From positions 14,282 through 78,281 of IMG/VR virus record IMGVR_UViG_3300021963_000090: a stretch of 64,000 nt of DNA, one strand, 5' to 3'. Shown here piece by piece: positions 48,221-57,411 of the stretch. The translations under genes were made by a program, and so were the position numbers. The notes below the pieces were generated by a model, which saw only the letters and a program-made list of their open reading frames with translations, searched no databases and was not told the DNA's origin. The first letter of the stretch is position 1. Each line of letters opens with the position of its first letter. The DNA is from a virus.

Positions 48221-49015
48221 TTATGCAAACTTTGTCTGTGATCCGAATACAGTAAAGGTTGCTGATCCTGTCTTAATAATTGTAAATGCATATGAATCTA
48301 TAGAAGAAGCATTACCTGCAGATGGTGCTGTTCCGCCTTGCCATTTTGGAGTAACTGCTGCTCCATCAATTTGAAATGCTGATTGATAATATGCTGTAGA
48401 TCCTTGAGTTGCTAAGAATACTACAGTGATTGAATCTCCTGTTGTCAGGATTGAATCTAAAGATGCGCTTGAACTTCCACGAACATTTAGTGTCCAGTTT
48501 GCTGAAGCATTTGTTGTGTAATATAAAACACCTTGAGTTGAAGCATCAAAATTGATTGTACCAGTTGCTGCGGTTGCTGAAACTGTAGTTCTTTCTTGTG
48601 GTGCTTTTAAAATATTGTTATGTAATGTTGCTGTATTTACTACTGGACTTGTTAAAGTTTTATTAGTTAAAGTTTGTGTTCCTGTTAATGTTACAGCACC
48701 AGTAATTGTATTACTTGCTGTATCAATTGTTTTATTTGTTAGGGTTTGTGAACCAGTTAATGTAGCAACTGTTGAATCAATTGCAAGGGTTACCGATCCA
48801 GAATTTCCACCACCGCTTAATCCTGTGCCAGCTGTAACTCCAGAAATATCTCCATCTGTTGCTGTATATGGAAGAGAGGTCCAGGCAGTAGTTCCATCTC
48901 CAACCTTTGTTTTTTTGGTATCTGTTTCAAATACCATTTCTCCCGCTGCCAATACGGGGTTTGCAGAGGTAAGAGCTGCGGCTGTTCCTCTTTTAAGCTG
49001 AATAATGGCTGACAT
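48221..49015 (-). CDS. Short fibre protein (Mtd/hyaluronidase-like N-terminal anchor)
   Basis: IQLKRGT..NPVLAAGE..ETDT.K.KVGDGTTAW, QTLTNKT repeats, C-terminal IDSYAFT domain. Confidence 0.75.
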   Translation of the reverse strand: MSAIIQLKRGTAAALTSANPVLAAGEMVFETDTKKTKVGDGTTAWTSLPYTATDGDISGVTAGTGLSGGGNSGSVTLAIDSTVATLTGSQTLTNKTIDTASNTITGAVTLTGTQTLTNKTLTSPVVNTATLHNNILKAPQERTTVSATAATGTINFDASTQGVLYYTTNASANWTLNVRGSSSASLDSILTTGDSITVVFLATQGSTAYYQSAFQIDGAAVTPKWQGGTAPSAGNASSIDSYAFTIIKTGSATFTVFGSQTKFA

Positions 49016-49227
49016 TAAATTGTTCCTCCGTCAAACGTATTTGTTGTTGTACTAGCAATTATACTATATACTACACTATCAAGGATACCATCGATCTCTC
49101 CACCGTCATGAGATGTATTAGAGGCAGGCTCGGCGAGACCACTTGTAATGGTTCCATCTTCTGAATATTGTCCAGCATTTACCACTGACAATGTTGATAA
49201 CTTAAGGGTCATTATACTACTCTCCAT
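49015..49227 (-). CDS. Small protein ending in DGG motif
   Basis: ~65-70 aa; coupled to neighbours. Confidence 0.5.
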   Translation of the reverse strand: MESSIMTLKLSTLSVVNAGQYSEDGTITSGLAEPASNTSHDGGEIDGILDSVVYSIIASTTTNTFDGGTI

Positions 49228-51710
49228 CCGTAACTAGATCCAGAATATAGCAATGAGACTCCGCCAAATGCCACGTCTATATCGAGATTCTGTACTGTTC
49301 CATTTATTTTATTTGAATTAGAGCTTAAAGTTATATTATTAATTGCTGCTGATCCTGTTGAATCATATACATATATTCCATCTCCCAATGCAGGGGATGC
49401 TGGTAAAGTTAATGTTCTAGCAGAACTTGTATCTACAAAGTATCTATGCGCTGACTCTAGCGTGATATTAGATGAAACTTCTAATGAAACTATAGAAGAG
49501 CCATCGGCACCATCAGCACCAGCTGGACCCTGTGGTCCTGCGGGACCAGTTGCGCCTTGCTGTCCAGTAAATCCTGGTGAGAACTCAACCCAGAAACTAT
49601 CATGATAAATATATGCACGACCAGTTGCTGTGTTATACCAGACTTGTCCTGCCAATGGGTTTGTTGGTGGAGTTAAGCCAGGCTGAAAATCTCCTGGAAT
49701 ACCTTGTGGGATTGAAAAATTAAATATAGCATCAGATGTTGTTCCAACATTTTCTATTGTAGCATCTGATGAATATGATCCAGTTTCTACAGTTCCTACA
49801 GCAAGGGTCGATGCTCGACCAGTCTGTAGCTCAAAATCAAATATCGCATCGCTGGTAGTTCCTACATTTGTAACAGTTGATGGATTACCAAAATCTACAT
49901 CTACTACATCTCCGATTTCAATTGTTGATCTCGGTCCCGCTGGAATTTGGAAATCAAATACTGCATCGCTTGTGTCCCCTGAATTTGTTACAGTTGCTGG
50001 ATTGCCATCTAATACAGTTGTTACTTCACCAACTTCTATTGTTGCCGCTCTACCTGCGGGAATCTCAAAATCAAATACTGCGTCAGATGTGTCTCCAGAG
50101 TTAGTTACTGTTGGAGGCTGTCCATATAAAACATCTTCTACCGTTCCAACCTCAATGGTTGCTGCACGACCTGCAGGAATTTCAAAATCGAATACAGCAT
50201 CGCTGGTATCTCCGCTATTTACTACTGTTGGCGGATTTCCAAATAATACTGTGTCTACTGTACCTACTTCAATAGTTGAAGCACGGCCTGCTGGTATTTC
50301 AAAATCTAATATTGCGTCTGTTGTTGTGCCAACATTTGTAATTGTTGGAGGCTCACCAAATAGTACAGTAGTTACTGTGCCAACTTCCATTTCTCCAGTA
50401 TCGCCCTTATCTCCCTTTTCAATTACTAGTTGCCAATTAGGAGTAGATGGAGCTGTGCCTGCTGGACTATTTACTTCATTTAATCTCCAGAGAGATCCTT
50501 GATATGTTACGCCATCGTTTTCAAGATAAGAAACACCTGAGTTCCAGGCCCCTTGATATTCTAGGAATGCTGGACCTTGAGGACCTGTTGCACCTGTTGC
50601 AACTGCTTCAACCCAGTATGAATCATAATACACATATAATTTTGCATTTACTGTATCAAACCATGCGTCGCCTTCTGTGGGTAATGCAGGAGCAGTTGCA
50701 GATACTGTAACTCCTCCACCTGTTCCTCCGCCGCCTCCGCCGCCAGAGCCAGAAATTTCTACCCAGAATGCTCCATCATAAATATAAAGTATTGCTGTAT
50801 CTGAATCTAGCCATAGATCTCCAACATTTGGATCAGCTGGAGCGGTAGAAGAAATATCAGCAGATGTTCCACCTGTTGATGTTAAACTTAATTCTTTATT
50901 TACTGAGTCATACTCTACAGTTATATTTGTATGTGTTCCATTTGTGATAATTGCTGCTGCAGTATCTTGAATACGCTCATCAATATCTAATTCTGTTTGT
51001 GGGACAAATCCATTTTCGTCTAGAGAAGCAACTCCATCAGGATTTCCAACATCTGATTGTGGTACATATGTATCTGGCAAAGAATTTCCGAGACTTGCGA
51101 CGGCTTCATCGGTATACTCATTTGCTGTTGTAATAGCATTTGTTATAGCAGTAGAAACTGTTGTTGCAAAATTTGAATCGTCATTAATTGCTGCAGCAAT
51201 CTCATTAAGAGTATCTAAAAGCCCTGGGGCAGCATCTACTAGATTCGATATAGCCGTGGTTACATAAGATTGTGTGGCTATTGAAGATGTGTCAACAGAT
51301 AAGGTAATTGTATTTGCTTCATCATCGTACGATTTTACTATACCTGTGCCAGCCGTTAATGCTGTAGCAATTGCATCCATAGCCATTTCGTTGCTATAGG
51401 TTGCAGATAGGTTTATTTTGTTATTGTCATCGTCATATGTGACGGTAATTCCAGAATGAGTTCCAGCGGTTAAAACTCCACCGACTATATCTTGTATTGC
51501 TTCTGTATCTACAGATCCGCCTTCAAGGGCGGCAACTCTGTAGTCAAGGCTTGTGGCTACGGCAGAACCGTCGACGCCTACCTTAGCCTGCAAGGCCTCA
51601 ATTGCATCGTTGGCATTAGCGTGTTGCGCTGAATGCGAAACCGCTTGTACCGAATCCGTAGATTGCGGGTTAACTAGAGAATCTAAATCCTCTGGGAAAT
51701 TTGTTGCCAT
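49212..51710 (-). CDS. Long fibre-like protein with collagen triplets and six 39-aa repeats
   Basis: H..AND.I.ALQAKVG anchor, LDTLNEIAAA, GVASLD, APxxPxxGDxW modules, GxxGxxG stretches. Confidence 0.75.
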   Translation of the reverse strand: MATNFPEDLDSLVNPQSTDSVQAVSHSAQHANANDAIEALQAKVGVDGSAVATSLDYRVAALEGGSVDTEAIQDIVGGVLTAGTHSGITVTYDDDNNKINLSATYSNEMAMDAIATALTAGTGIVKSYDDEANTITLSVDTSSIATQSYVTTAISNLVDAAPGLLDTLNEIAAAINDDSNFATTVSTAITNAITTANEYTDEAVASLGNSLPDTYVPQSDVGNPDGVASLDENGFVPQTELDIDERIQDTAAAIITNGTHTNITVEYDSVNKELSLTSTGGTSADISSTAPADPNVGDLWLDSDTAILYIYDGAFWVEISGSGGGGGGGTGGGVTVSATAPALPTEGDAWFDTVNAKLYVYYDSYWVEAVATGATGPQGPAFLEYQGAWNSGVSYLENDGVTYQGSLWRLNEVNSPAGTAPSTPNWQLVIEKGDKGDTGEMEVGTVTTVLFGEPPTITNVGTTTDAILDFEIPAGRASTIEVGTVDTVLFGNPPTVVNSGDTSDAVFDFEIPAGRAATIEVGTVEDVLYGQPPTVTNSGDTSDAVFDFEIPAGRAATIEVGEVTTVLDGNPATVTNSGDTSDAVFDFQIPAGPRSTIEIGDVVDVDFGNPSTVTNVGTTSDAIFDFELQTGRASTLAVGTVETGSYSSDATIENVGTTSDAIFNFSIPQGIPGDFQPGLTPPTNPLAGQVWYNTATGRAYIYHDSFWVEFSPGFTGQQGATGPAGPQGPAGADGADGSSIVSLEVSSNITLESAHRYFVDTSSARTLTLPASPALGDGIYVYDSTGSAAINNITLSSNSNKINGTVQNLDIDVAFGGVSLLYSGSSYGWRVV
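49701..50392 (-). repeat. Six tandem 117-bp (39-aa) coding repeats
   Basis: TIEVGTV.....P.TV.N.G.TSDA.FDFEIPAG x6; DNA period 117 nt. Confidence 0.9.
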
Positions 51711-51755
51711 TTACGTATACCTCTTCCCTAATTATACCTTAAATTATTTATTATC

Positions 51756-52469
51756 TTAACTTGAAGTCATGCCAATACGGTAGCCTTTTTTATAGTGAGC
51801 CATAGGCACTGACTCTTTTTCTTTTATCAACTCGATCTTCTGTTCAAAAAACTCTCTATCTGTATTAATCTCTGCCTCCCAGTCTTCTCTTTTTATTGGA
51901 ATAATTGACATTATTGGAGTGCCAGCTTCAATAACACCTTCAAAATTATCCTTAATGTGGAAGCTCACGTTTCCAGGCAATGGGTACACATCGTAGTCTG
52001 CTAGACCAGAAACGGTACTAAATGGTAAATCGTATCTATTTATTGGATGGGTGATCATAGCAGACCAACCTTCTGGCATTTGAAAGCCCCAATACATTTG
52101 CCATCCGAAATGTGCCTGATAGTGTCCGCTTGGAACTGGCATCTCATGAAGGACTCGATTTGCGACTGGCTCCATGTCATGATTCCAAGATAGTCTTGGA
52201 AGACCATCTATAATTTTAACATTAATATCTGTATGCAACAAGTAGTGGTATCCTGCCGTCATTGCATCATAATACGGCATACAATGTTTCATACTTAGAA
52301 ATACATTATTTCTATTAGCCTCCCCGTTTTTAAACTTTTCAAGGTCTCCGTCGCCATGAAATCTTGGCATATCTTTCCAGTAGGGTGCTATATTTTTTCT
52401 AGCTGCTGCTGGAGGCATGAGCTCTTCAGCTTTTCTATCCCAAGGGTAAAAGGTAATTGTATTAGGCAT
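51756..52469 (-). CDS. Hypothetical protein (DUF6065-like; dUTPase-like fold suspected)
   Basis: KHCMPYYDAMTAGY, P.GWS...THP.NR..LPF, GTPI..IIP.KRE.W motifs. Confidence 0.6.
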   Translation of the reverse strand: MPNTITFYPWDRKAEELMPPAAARKNIAPYWKDMPRFHGDGDLEKFKNGEANRNNVFLSMKHCMPYYDAMTAGYHYLLHTDINVKIIDGLPRLSWNHDMEPVANRVLHEMPVPSGHYQAHFGWQMYWGFQMPEGWSAMITHPINRYDLPFSTVSGLADYDVYPLPGNVSFHIKDNFEGVIEAGTPIMSIIPIKREDWEAEINTDREFFEQKIELIKEKESVPMAHYKKGYRIGMTSS

Positions 52470-53529
52470 TTAAACTCTTCTCTAAATCATACAGGGCTTT
52501 TGCGGCTGGGAACTTATCGCCAGTCTGTTCAACAATATTATTTAAATCTTTATAAAACTTTTTGTAATCTATTCCAGAAACTTTCTCATATTCATTCAAC
52601 AACTCTATCGTTGGAGAGCCATACTCTCCTAGTATTTGTCCAGTTAATATTTGCTTATTTCTAAGAGTTCCAGCAACAACCTTATCTCTAAAAGAGATAC
52701 CCTTTTCATTCTTTTCTAAATATTTTTGCTTCCATGAATTTGGAACATCCCTGCCCATTGTATACATCTCTCTAGTCCATAAAACATGATCTTTTATATT
52801 AAATATTCTATAGCCTCTTGTCCAGGCAAGCATAGCTATGACATTTTCTTCGTGGTAGGCAAGTTGTGGATCATACTTAACATCATTTACAAAACTACCT
52901 AACGTAAACAAGAAATGTCCAGATATTAAATAGTGCTTTTCATAATCAGCGTTTTCAAACTTTGCCCTTGCTGCTGCTGGTGAATTTAATGCTTCTATAC
53001 CATATACAAACATTTTATATTTTTCTTGATCTTCCATGCCAATAGCCTCTGGGCTATCTTTAGAGACAAGTGACCAGTTTGGATATTCGCCTTCCCAATC
53101 TTCATTTTGTGCCATTGTTAGTTTTTGTCCACTTACTCTGTCTCTATAGTAGTATGGAACATATGTTGATATTATTGGTTTATCAGCTATCTTTCTTATG
53201 TTATTAAGATTATTTATTAATTTAATATCCCAGTCTTTTTTAAATACAGTATGGGCATCTATCTGTAAATAGTACTCTTCTCCGTCGTACAGGGTTGATG
53301 CTAATCCTCGTGCTACTCCAAGACCTAGCCCAACCATTTCATTATTTTTTATATATTTTACATTCTTAAATATTGATAGATCTGGAAAATTATTATCTGT
53401 ATATTGCATAACAACACCAGCATAAACATTATCTGGATTATTAGCCTTAGAAAAAGCGGTGCTTAAAGTATCTAAAAGATCCTCTTCGTTATATGCTGCT
53501 ACATTTATAAAAATATAACCATTTTTCAT
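52462..53529 (-). CDS. GT-A glycosyltransferase, GT60/Skp1-GlcNAc-transferase-like
   Basis: IFINVAAY, AR, EEYYLQIDAH..F..DWD, SGHFLF, YDP, EE....LAWTRGY: pattern of the GlcNAc (GT60) family. Confidence 0.75.
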   Translation of the reverse strand: MKNGYIFINVAAYNEEDLLDTLSTAFSKANNPDNVYAGVVMQYTDNNFPDLSIFKNVKYIKNNEMVGLGLGVARGLASTLYDGEEYYLQIDAHTVFKKDWDIKLINNLNNIRKIADKPIISTYVPYYYRDRVSGQKLTMAQNEDWEGEYPNWSLVSKDSPEAIGMEDQEKYKMFVYGIEALNSPAAARAKFENADYEKHYLISGHFLFTLGSFVNDVKYDPQLAYHEENVIAMLAWTRGYRIFNIKDHVLWTREMYTMGRDVPNSWKQKYLEKNEKGISFRDKVVAGTLRNKQILTGQILGEYGSPTIELLNEYEKVSGIDYKKFYKDLNNIVEQTGDKFPAAKALYDLEKSLNA

Positions 53530-53530
53530 T

Positions 53531-53818
53531 TTACCACTTACCTAAAGGACAACTTGCGTTTTCTAGTTTTGTTTTTAAAGTCATGATGCATCCACATTTT
53601 TTACATTGCTTAGTTAAATTAATTAACTCTGGGCAAGAATTGCATATGCCCATTCTTTCTTCAATCAAAGACTCGTCTTCTAAATATTTATCTGGGTTTA
53701 GGGCATGCCAGGGTCTTGATTCGCCAAGATTTTTTTTATACTGTTGCCAAGCCGATAGCTTTTCTTCTGACAAAACTACTCCTCTGGAGATAAAAACTGG
53801 GTTCCATTCCATATCCAC
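53531..53818 (-). CDS. Small Cys-rich protein (DUF6171-like)
   Basis: R..IC..CP....KQCKKCGC.M..K..L..ASCPLGKW. Confidence 0.7.
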   Translation of the reverse strand: MDMEWNPVFISRGVVLSEEKLSAWQQYKKNLGESRPWHALNPDKYLEDESLIEERMGICNSCPELINLTKQCKKCGCIMTLKTKLENASCPLGKW

Positions 53819-54222
53819 CCAGGCTGTACATTTAAAGAAGAATCAAATTCTATAATATCTGGATTAGACTCTAAACCAGCACATACCATTGATATAAAAT
53901 CTTCTGACATTATGGTTTTATCTAATGTATAGAATCCTATTACTTCATTTCCTACTATACCAGCATACTTTATAACATCTGGATTGTCAATAGGACTTTT
54001 TGGTAATGGCGTCCTCATTTCTAAATCTTCTGGGTCATAAAAATTTTCTCCATCAAATAAGCATCCGCTCCTTAATTGTGAATATTCAATAGTTTTTTTA
54101 AAAATAAGCCCAGATCTTAATCCAGCAGACCATTTTATTCCAGTTGGGTTATCTTCTGGAAGACCTAAAGTATCAAAAACATCTCCGTCTGCAACTAAAG
54201 CAAACATATTATAAATTGTCAT
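53776..54222 (-). CDS. Hypothetical protein with two tandem repeats resembling fibre-assembly modules
   Basis: FALVADGDV...G..FDGENF and YAGIVGNEV...GWIWNGTQF. Confidence 0.6.
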   Translation of the reverse strand: MTIYNMFALVADGDVFDTLGLPEDNPTGIKWSAGLRSGLIFKKTIEYSQLRSGCLFDGENFYDPEDLEMRTPLPKSPIDNPDVIKYAGIVGNEVIGFYTLDKTIMSEDFISMVCAGLESNPDIIEFDSSLNVQPGWIWNGTQFLSPEE

Positions 54223-54231
54223 TTTTTCTCC

Positions 54232-54867
54232 TTAACATAAGTATGATCCTAGATTTGTACATGCACATGACGAGTTATATCTTCCAAGTCTTATACATGG
54301 ATCTGGACAACAATTACATAAACTGCAAGATGCGGTTACTTCACAGGTTCCACCAACAGTACATCCTGGAGATGCATAATAAACTGGTGCAGCGTAGTAC
54401 TGAGGTGCTGCATAGTACTGGGGTGCAGCGTAGTACTGAGGTGCAGCGTAGTACTGAGGTGCTGCATAGTACTGAGGTGCAGCGTAGTACTGAGGTGCTG
54501 CATAGTACTGAGGTGCAGCGTAGTACTGGGGTGCAGCGTAGTACTGAGGTGCTGCGTAGTACTGAGGTGCTGCATAATATTGTGGAGCTGCGTAATATTG
54601 TGGCGGTGCATAATAAACGGGTGCAACATAATTATAATAAACAAAAGAAATGCTAGTTCCAATTAAAACTGTATCTTCACTAGATGTATCTTGAGATTGA
54701 ATATAATTTGTTAATCCTGAATCTGATGTATTTGTTGTTGATTCTGAATAATTAAGTCCAGCTGCTTGAATTGCTGTTATTGCTTGAGATCTTGTTAGTC
54801 CTGACAAATTAGGGACATTAACTTTTCTTACGCCACTCCTTTTATATTTGCCAGTTCTTCTACGCAT
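54232..54867 (-). CDS. PASTA-domain protein with (PQYYAA)n repeat and 10-Cys C-terminal domain
   Basis: VPNLSGLTRSQA..AI..AGL....IQSQ....V..GTSI is a PASTA signature; 12 exact hexapeptide repeats; 10 Cys in the last 43 aa. Confidence 0.8.
   Translation of the reverse strand: MRRRTGKYKRSGVRKVNVPNLSGLTRSQAITAIQAAGLNYSESTTNTSDSGLTNYIQSQDTSSEDTVLIGTSISFVYYNYVAPVYYAPPQYYAAPQYYAAPQYYAAPQYYAAPQYYAAPQYYAAPQYYAAPQYYAAPQYYAAPQYYAAPQYYAAPQYYAAPVYYASPGCTVGGTCEVTASCSLCNCCPDPCIRLGRYNSSCACTNLGSYLC
54370..54621 (-). repeat. 18-bp tandem coding repeat, 12 exact PQYYAA units plus 2 degenerate flanks
   Basis: Unit tgc(a/t)gc(g/a)tagtactg(a/g)gg on the plus strand; variation among the 12 core units is synonymous. 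Confidence 0.95.
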
Positions 54868-54868
54868 T

Positions 54869-57145
54869 CTATGCGCTCAGATCGCCCAATACAACCCAAG
54901 AATTAAGTGCTCGTTTAATAAGTGTAGCGCTGCTCCACTGAGTACGTAATTTTAATCCAGGGGTGGCATTAGGAGTAAATGAAGTTCCAGCTATAGTAAC
55001 TTGTGAAGCACCTGTCTGTAAAATATCGCATGTAAATCCTACAGGGAAAGAAGCGGAATCTGTTATTGTTAATGTTCCGCCTGCAGACATTTCAATAAGT
55101 CTATTAGAGTCTATCGGCAAAATAGTGTAGCCTGCAGATTTAGAATTTATTGTTATTGTATTATCAGACTGCACAGAAATTGATCCACTCATGGATGAAT
55201 GGAACTGGCAAGCATAATAAAGATTATCTGGGGCATCTTGAGGAAGCTCTACTAGGATATGACCTGCTTGTGCTCCGCCATTTGTTATTCCAGTTGAATA
55301 TACGTTGCCTGAGCTATAAGCACCTGACACTGTTTGAATCCAGAATGGGTGTCCTGTAGCATTAACATGTATTCTATATTTCTTACCTTTTTCAAAAGTG
55401 ATTAATCCGTTAGATACACCGTTTACTAGATAAGCTCCAGATCCAGAGTTTGTAATATAATAATCAACCGAAGGATCTGATAGGTTTAACTTTAAATCTA
55501 ATGCTGTCTGTGTTGCAGTTGATACTGGCTTATTTGCATCTGTAGTGTTATCAACATTTCCTAGATCCACCATTGATTTTGTAATACCTGAAACTGTTCC
55601 AGTAAAAGTTGGTGAAGCAATTGGTGCTTTTGCACCCAATGCCGTTGTGACTGTAGATGCAAAAGATGCGTCATCATTTATAGCCGCTGCGAGTTCATTT
55701 AAAGTATTTAATGTTGTTGGAGCAGTGTCTATTAAATTAGATATCGCTGTAGAAACATAAGACTCTGTTGCAAAGTCTCCGTCTGTTAAAGCTGCATTAA
55801 ATTCTACCAATGTTCCGCTAATAGCATTTCCGCCTACAGTTATATTAAATCTTGTTCCGCCAGCATTTGTTGCTAAACCAGAAACATATCCAATTCCAGA
55901 AGTTGCTACTGATATAACGCCAAGGGAGCTAATGTTTATTCTTCCGCCTCTGTCTAGCCCTGCTTGATAAATTGGTATATTATTCTGACCAGCTAGACCC
56001 TCAATATTATCTACAGCCGAGATAGAAGTAATTCCAGTGCCTAGACCAATTACTTTATTTGTTAAAGTTTGAGCCGCAGTATTTCTTGTAACTTCTGATG
56101 CAAGTTCTGAGTCTGGAATCTTTCCATTTGAATCTAATGAAGCTACACCGTCTACTGCGCCAACATCTGATATTGGCACATAGTTCTCTGGAAGAGAGTT
56201 ACCTAATCCTGCAACTGCCTGGTCTGTATACTCATTTGCATCCGCAATATCTCCCATAGTTGCAATATGGTTGTTTGCAATGGTTGAATCATTTAAGTAT
56301 GCTCCACCTACACCATGTTGTAATACTAAGTTTTGATCTGCAACAATAGCAAACACATCGTCTCCTGGCTCTCCACTAATTCCAGAAACAATTAGCGTTC
56401 CACCTCCTGGACCATGTAAAACTCCATCTGACCCAAATTGCCAGTAATTATCCCAAGACTCTTCATGACTAAATACATGAGCTGCTCCTCCAACAAATGA
56501 TGCTGGTTCTCCATTTAAATTTGCTGTAATAGTTTGTAGACCAGAACTTGGTGAGTCTGTTGTAACAGAATCAACAGTGACTATATCTCCGCCTGGATAA
56601 AACATCGTATCGCCTACATAAATATTTGCTGTATTGCTAACTACAAAAGAAGTGTTGCTTGTTTCGTTTAAATTTGTATAAGTGTTAATAATTGTTTCTG
56701 GTCTTGTACTAATATATACAGATCTTGCTCCGTCAGATACACGAACATTATTTCTTTCTCCACCAATAAATAGATCTGCACCTGAAGCATCTTGAGTTCC
56801 ACCACCACGAATATGAATGTGGTTTGGAGCTGTAGGATCAATAATTAAATACTGATCTGTATTAATGTCTGCATCTGGAACTAACTCTATTGTTCCATTG
56901 CCATATCCGTCACCAGATGCTGTTCCAGCACCAATAATCTGTACGCCATCAAATGTGATATCTCCAGTATTAGTACCATTAGAAGAAGGGTCTATAGAAG
57001 GAAGACTAGCCCATAGAGTTGTTCCGTCTCCTATTTTAGTTATTTTATTTGTTAAGTCATAGCCAAACTCACCAGACAATAATGGTGTTGTACGGGCCGC
57101 CCATTGTGTAGCAGTTCCTCTTTTTACTCTTATTGTAACTGACAT
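54869..57145 (-). CDS. Fibre protein (Mtd-like anchor) with cupredoxin-like domain
   Basis: IRVKRGT..GE.G...KIGDG anchor; GHPF...LYYACQFHSSMSG; C-terminal LRTQWSSATLIKRALNSWVVLGDL. Confidence 0.75.
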   Translation of the reverse strand: MSVTIRVKRGTATQWAARTTPLLSGEFGYDLTNKITKIGDGTTLWASLPSIDPSSNGTNTGDITFDGVQIIGAGTASGDGYGNGTIELVPDADINTDQYLIIDPTAPNHIHIRGGGTQDASGADLFIGGERNNVRVSDGARSVYISTRPETIINTYTNLNETSNTSFVVSNTANIYVGDTMFYPGGDIVTVDSVTTDSPSSGLQTITANLNGEPASFVGGAAHVFSHEESWDNYWQFGSDGVLHGPGGGTLIVSGISGEPGDDVFAIVADQNLVLQHGVGGAYLNDSTIANNHIATMGDIADANEYTDQAVAGLGNSLPENYVPISDVGAVDGVASLDSNGKIPDSELASEVTRNTAAQTLTNKVIGLGTGITSISAVDNIEGLAGQNNIPIYQAGLDRGGRINISSLGVISVATSGIGYVSGLATNAGGTRFNITVGGNAISGTLVEFNAALTDGDFATESYVSTAISNLIDTAPTTLNTLNELAAAINDDASFASTVTTALGAKAPIASPTFTGTVSGITKSMVDLGNVDNTTDANKPVSTATQTALDLKLNLSDPSVDYYITNSGSGAYLVNGVSNGLITFEKGKKYRIHVNATGHPFWIQTVSGAYSSGNVYSTGITNGGAQAGHILVELPQDAPDNLYYACQFHSSMSGSISVQSDNTITINSKSAGYTILPIDSNRLIEMSAGGTLTITDSASFPVGFTCDILQTGASQVTIAGTSFTPNATPGLKLRTQWSSATLIKRALNSWVVLGDLSA

Positions 57146-57399
57146 TATGGTGTACCGCCGTCAACAACACCAGAGGCTGGAATTTCTACTGAGTCTACAG
57201 AGAACAGAGATCCATCATATGTATGAACGTGATCTAATAGTCCTGTAACTGCTCCTGAATTAACTGGATTCCATTGTGTTCCATCATAGAATCTTAGCTC
57301 TTCCGATATTGTATTGTAATAAATATCTCCAATACGTGCTGATACTGGATCATCTTCTAAAGCTACTGCATGTAAAGGGACTAATCTTTTTACAGACAC
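57145..57399 (-). CDS. Small adaptor-like protein ending in DGG motif
   Basis: GDIYYNT...FYDGTQW module, H.H.YDG, C-terminal VDGGTP. Confidence 0.6.
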   Translation of the reverse strand: MSVKRLVPLHAVALEDDPVSARIGDIYYNTISEELRFYDGTQWNPVNSGAVTGLLDHVHTYDGSLFSVDSVEIPASGVVDGGTP

Positions 57400-57411
57400 T
57401 TATTGCCCCCT

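Noticed and set aside
54370-54621. 18-bp repeat array as CRISPR or DGR template
   Set aside because: No unique spacers, no cas or reverse transcriptase in the window; variation is synonymous in an open frame, so it is a coding repeat.
54144-54662. Alternative-frame repeat ORFs (STEVQR.. on +, LSTTLH.. on -)
   Set aside because: By-products of the 18-bp repeat; unit differences are non-synonymous in these frames.
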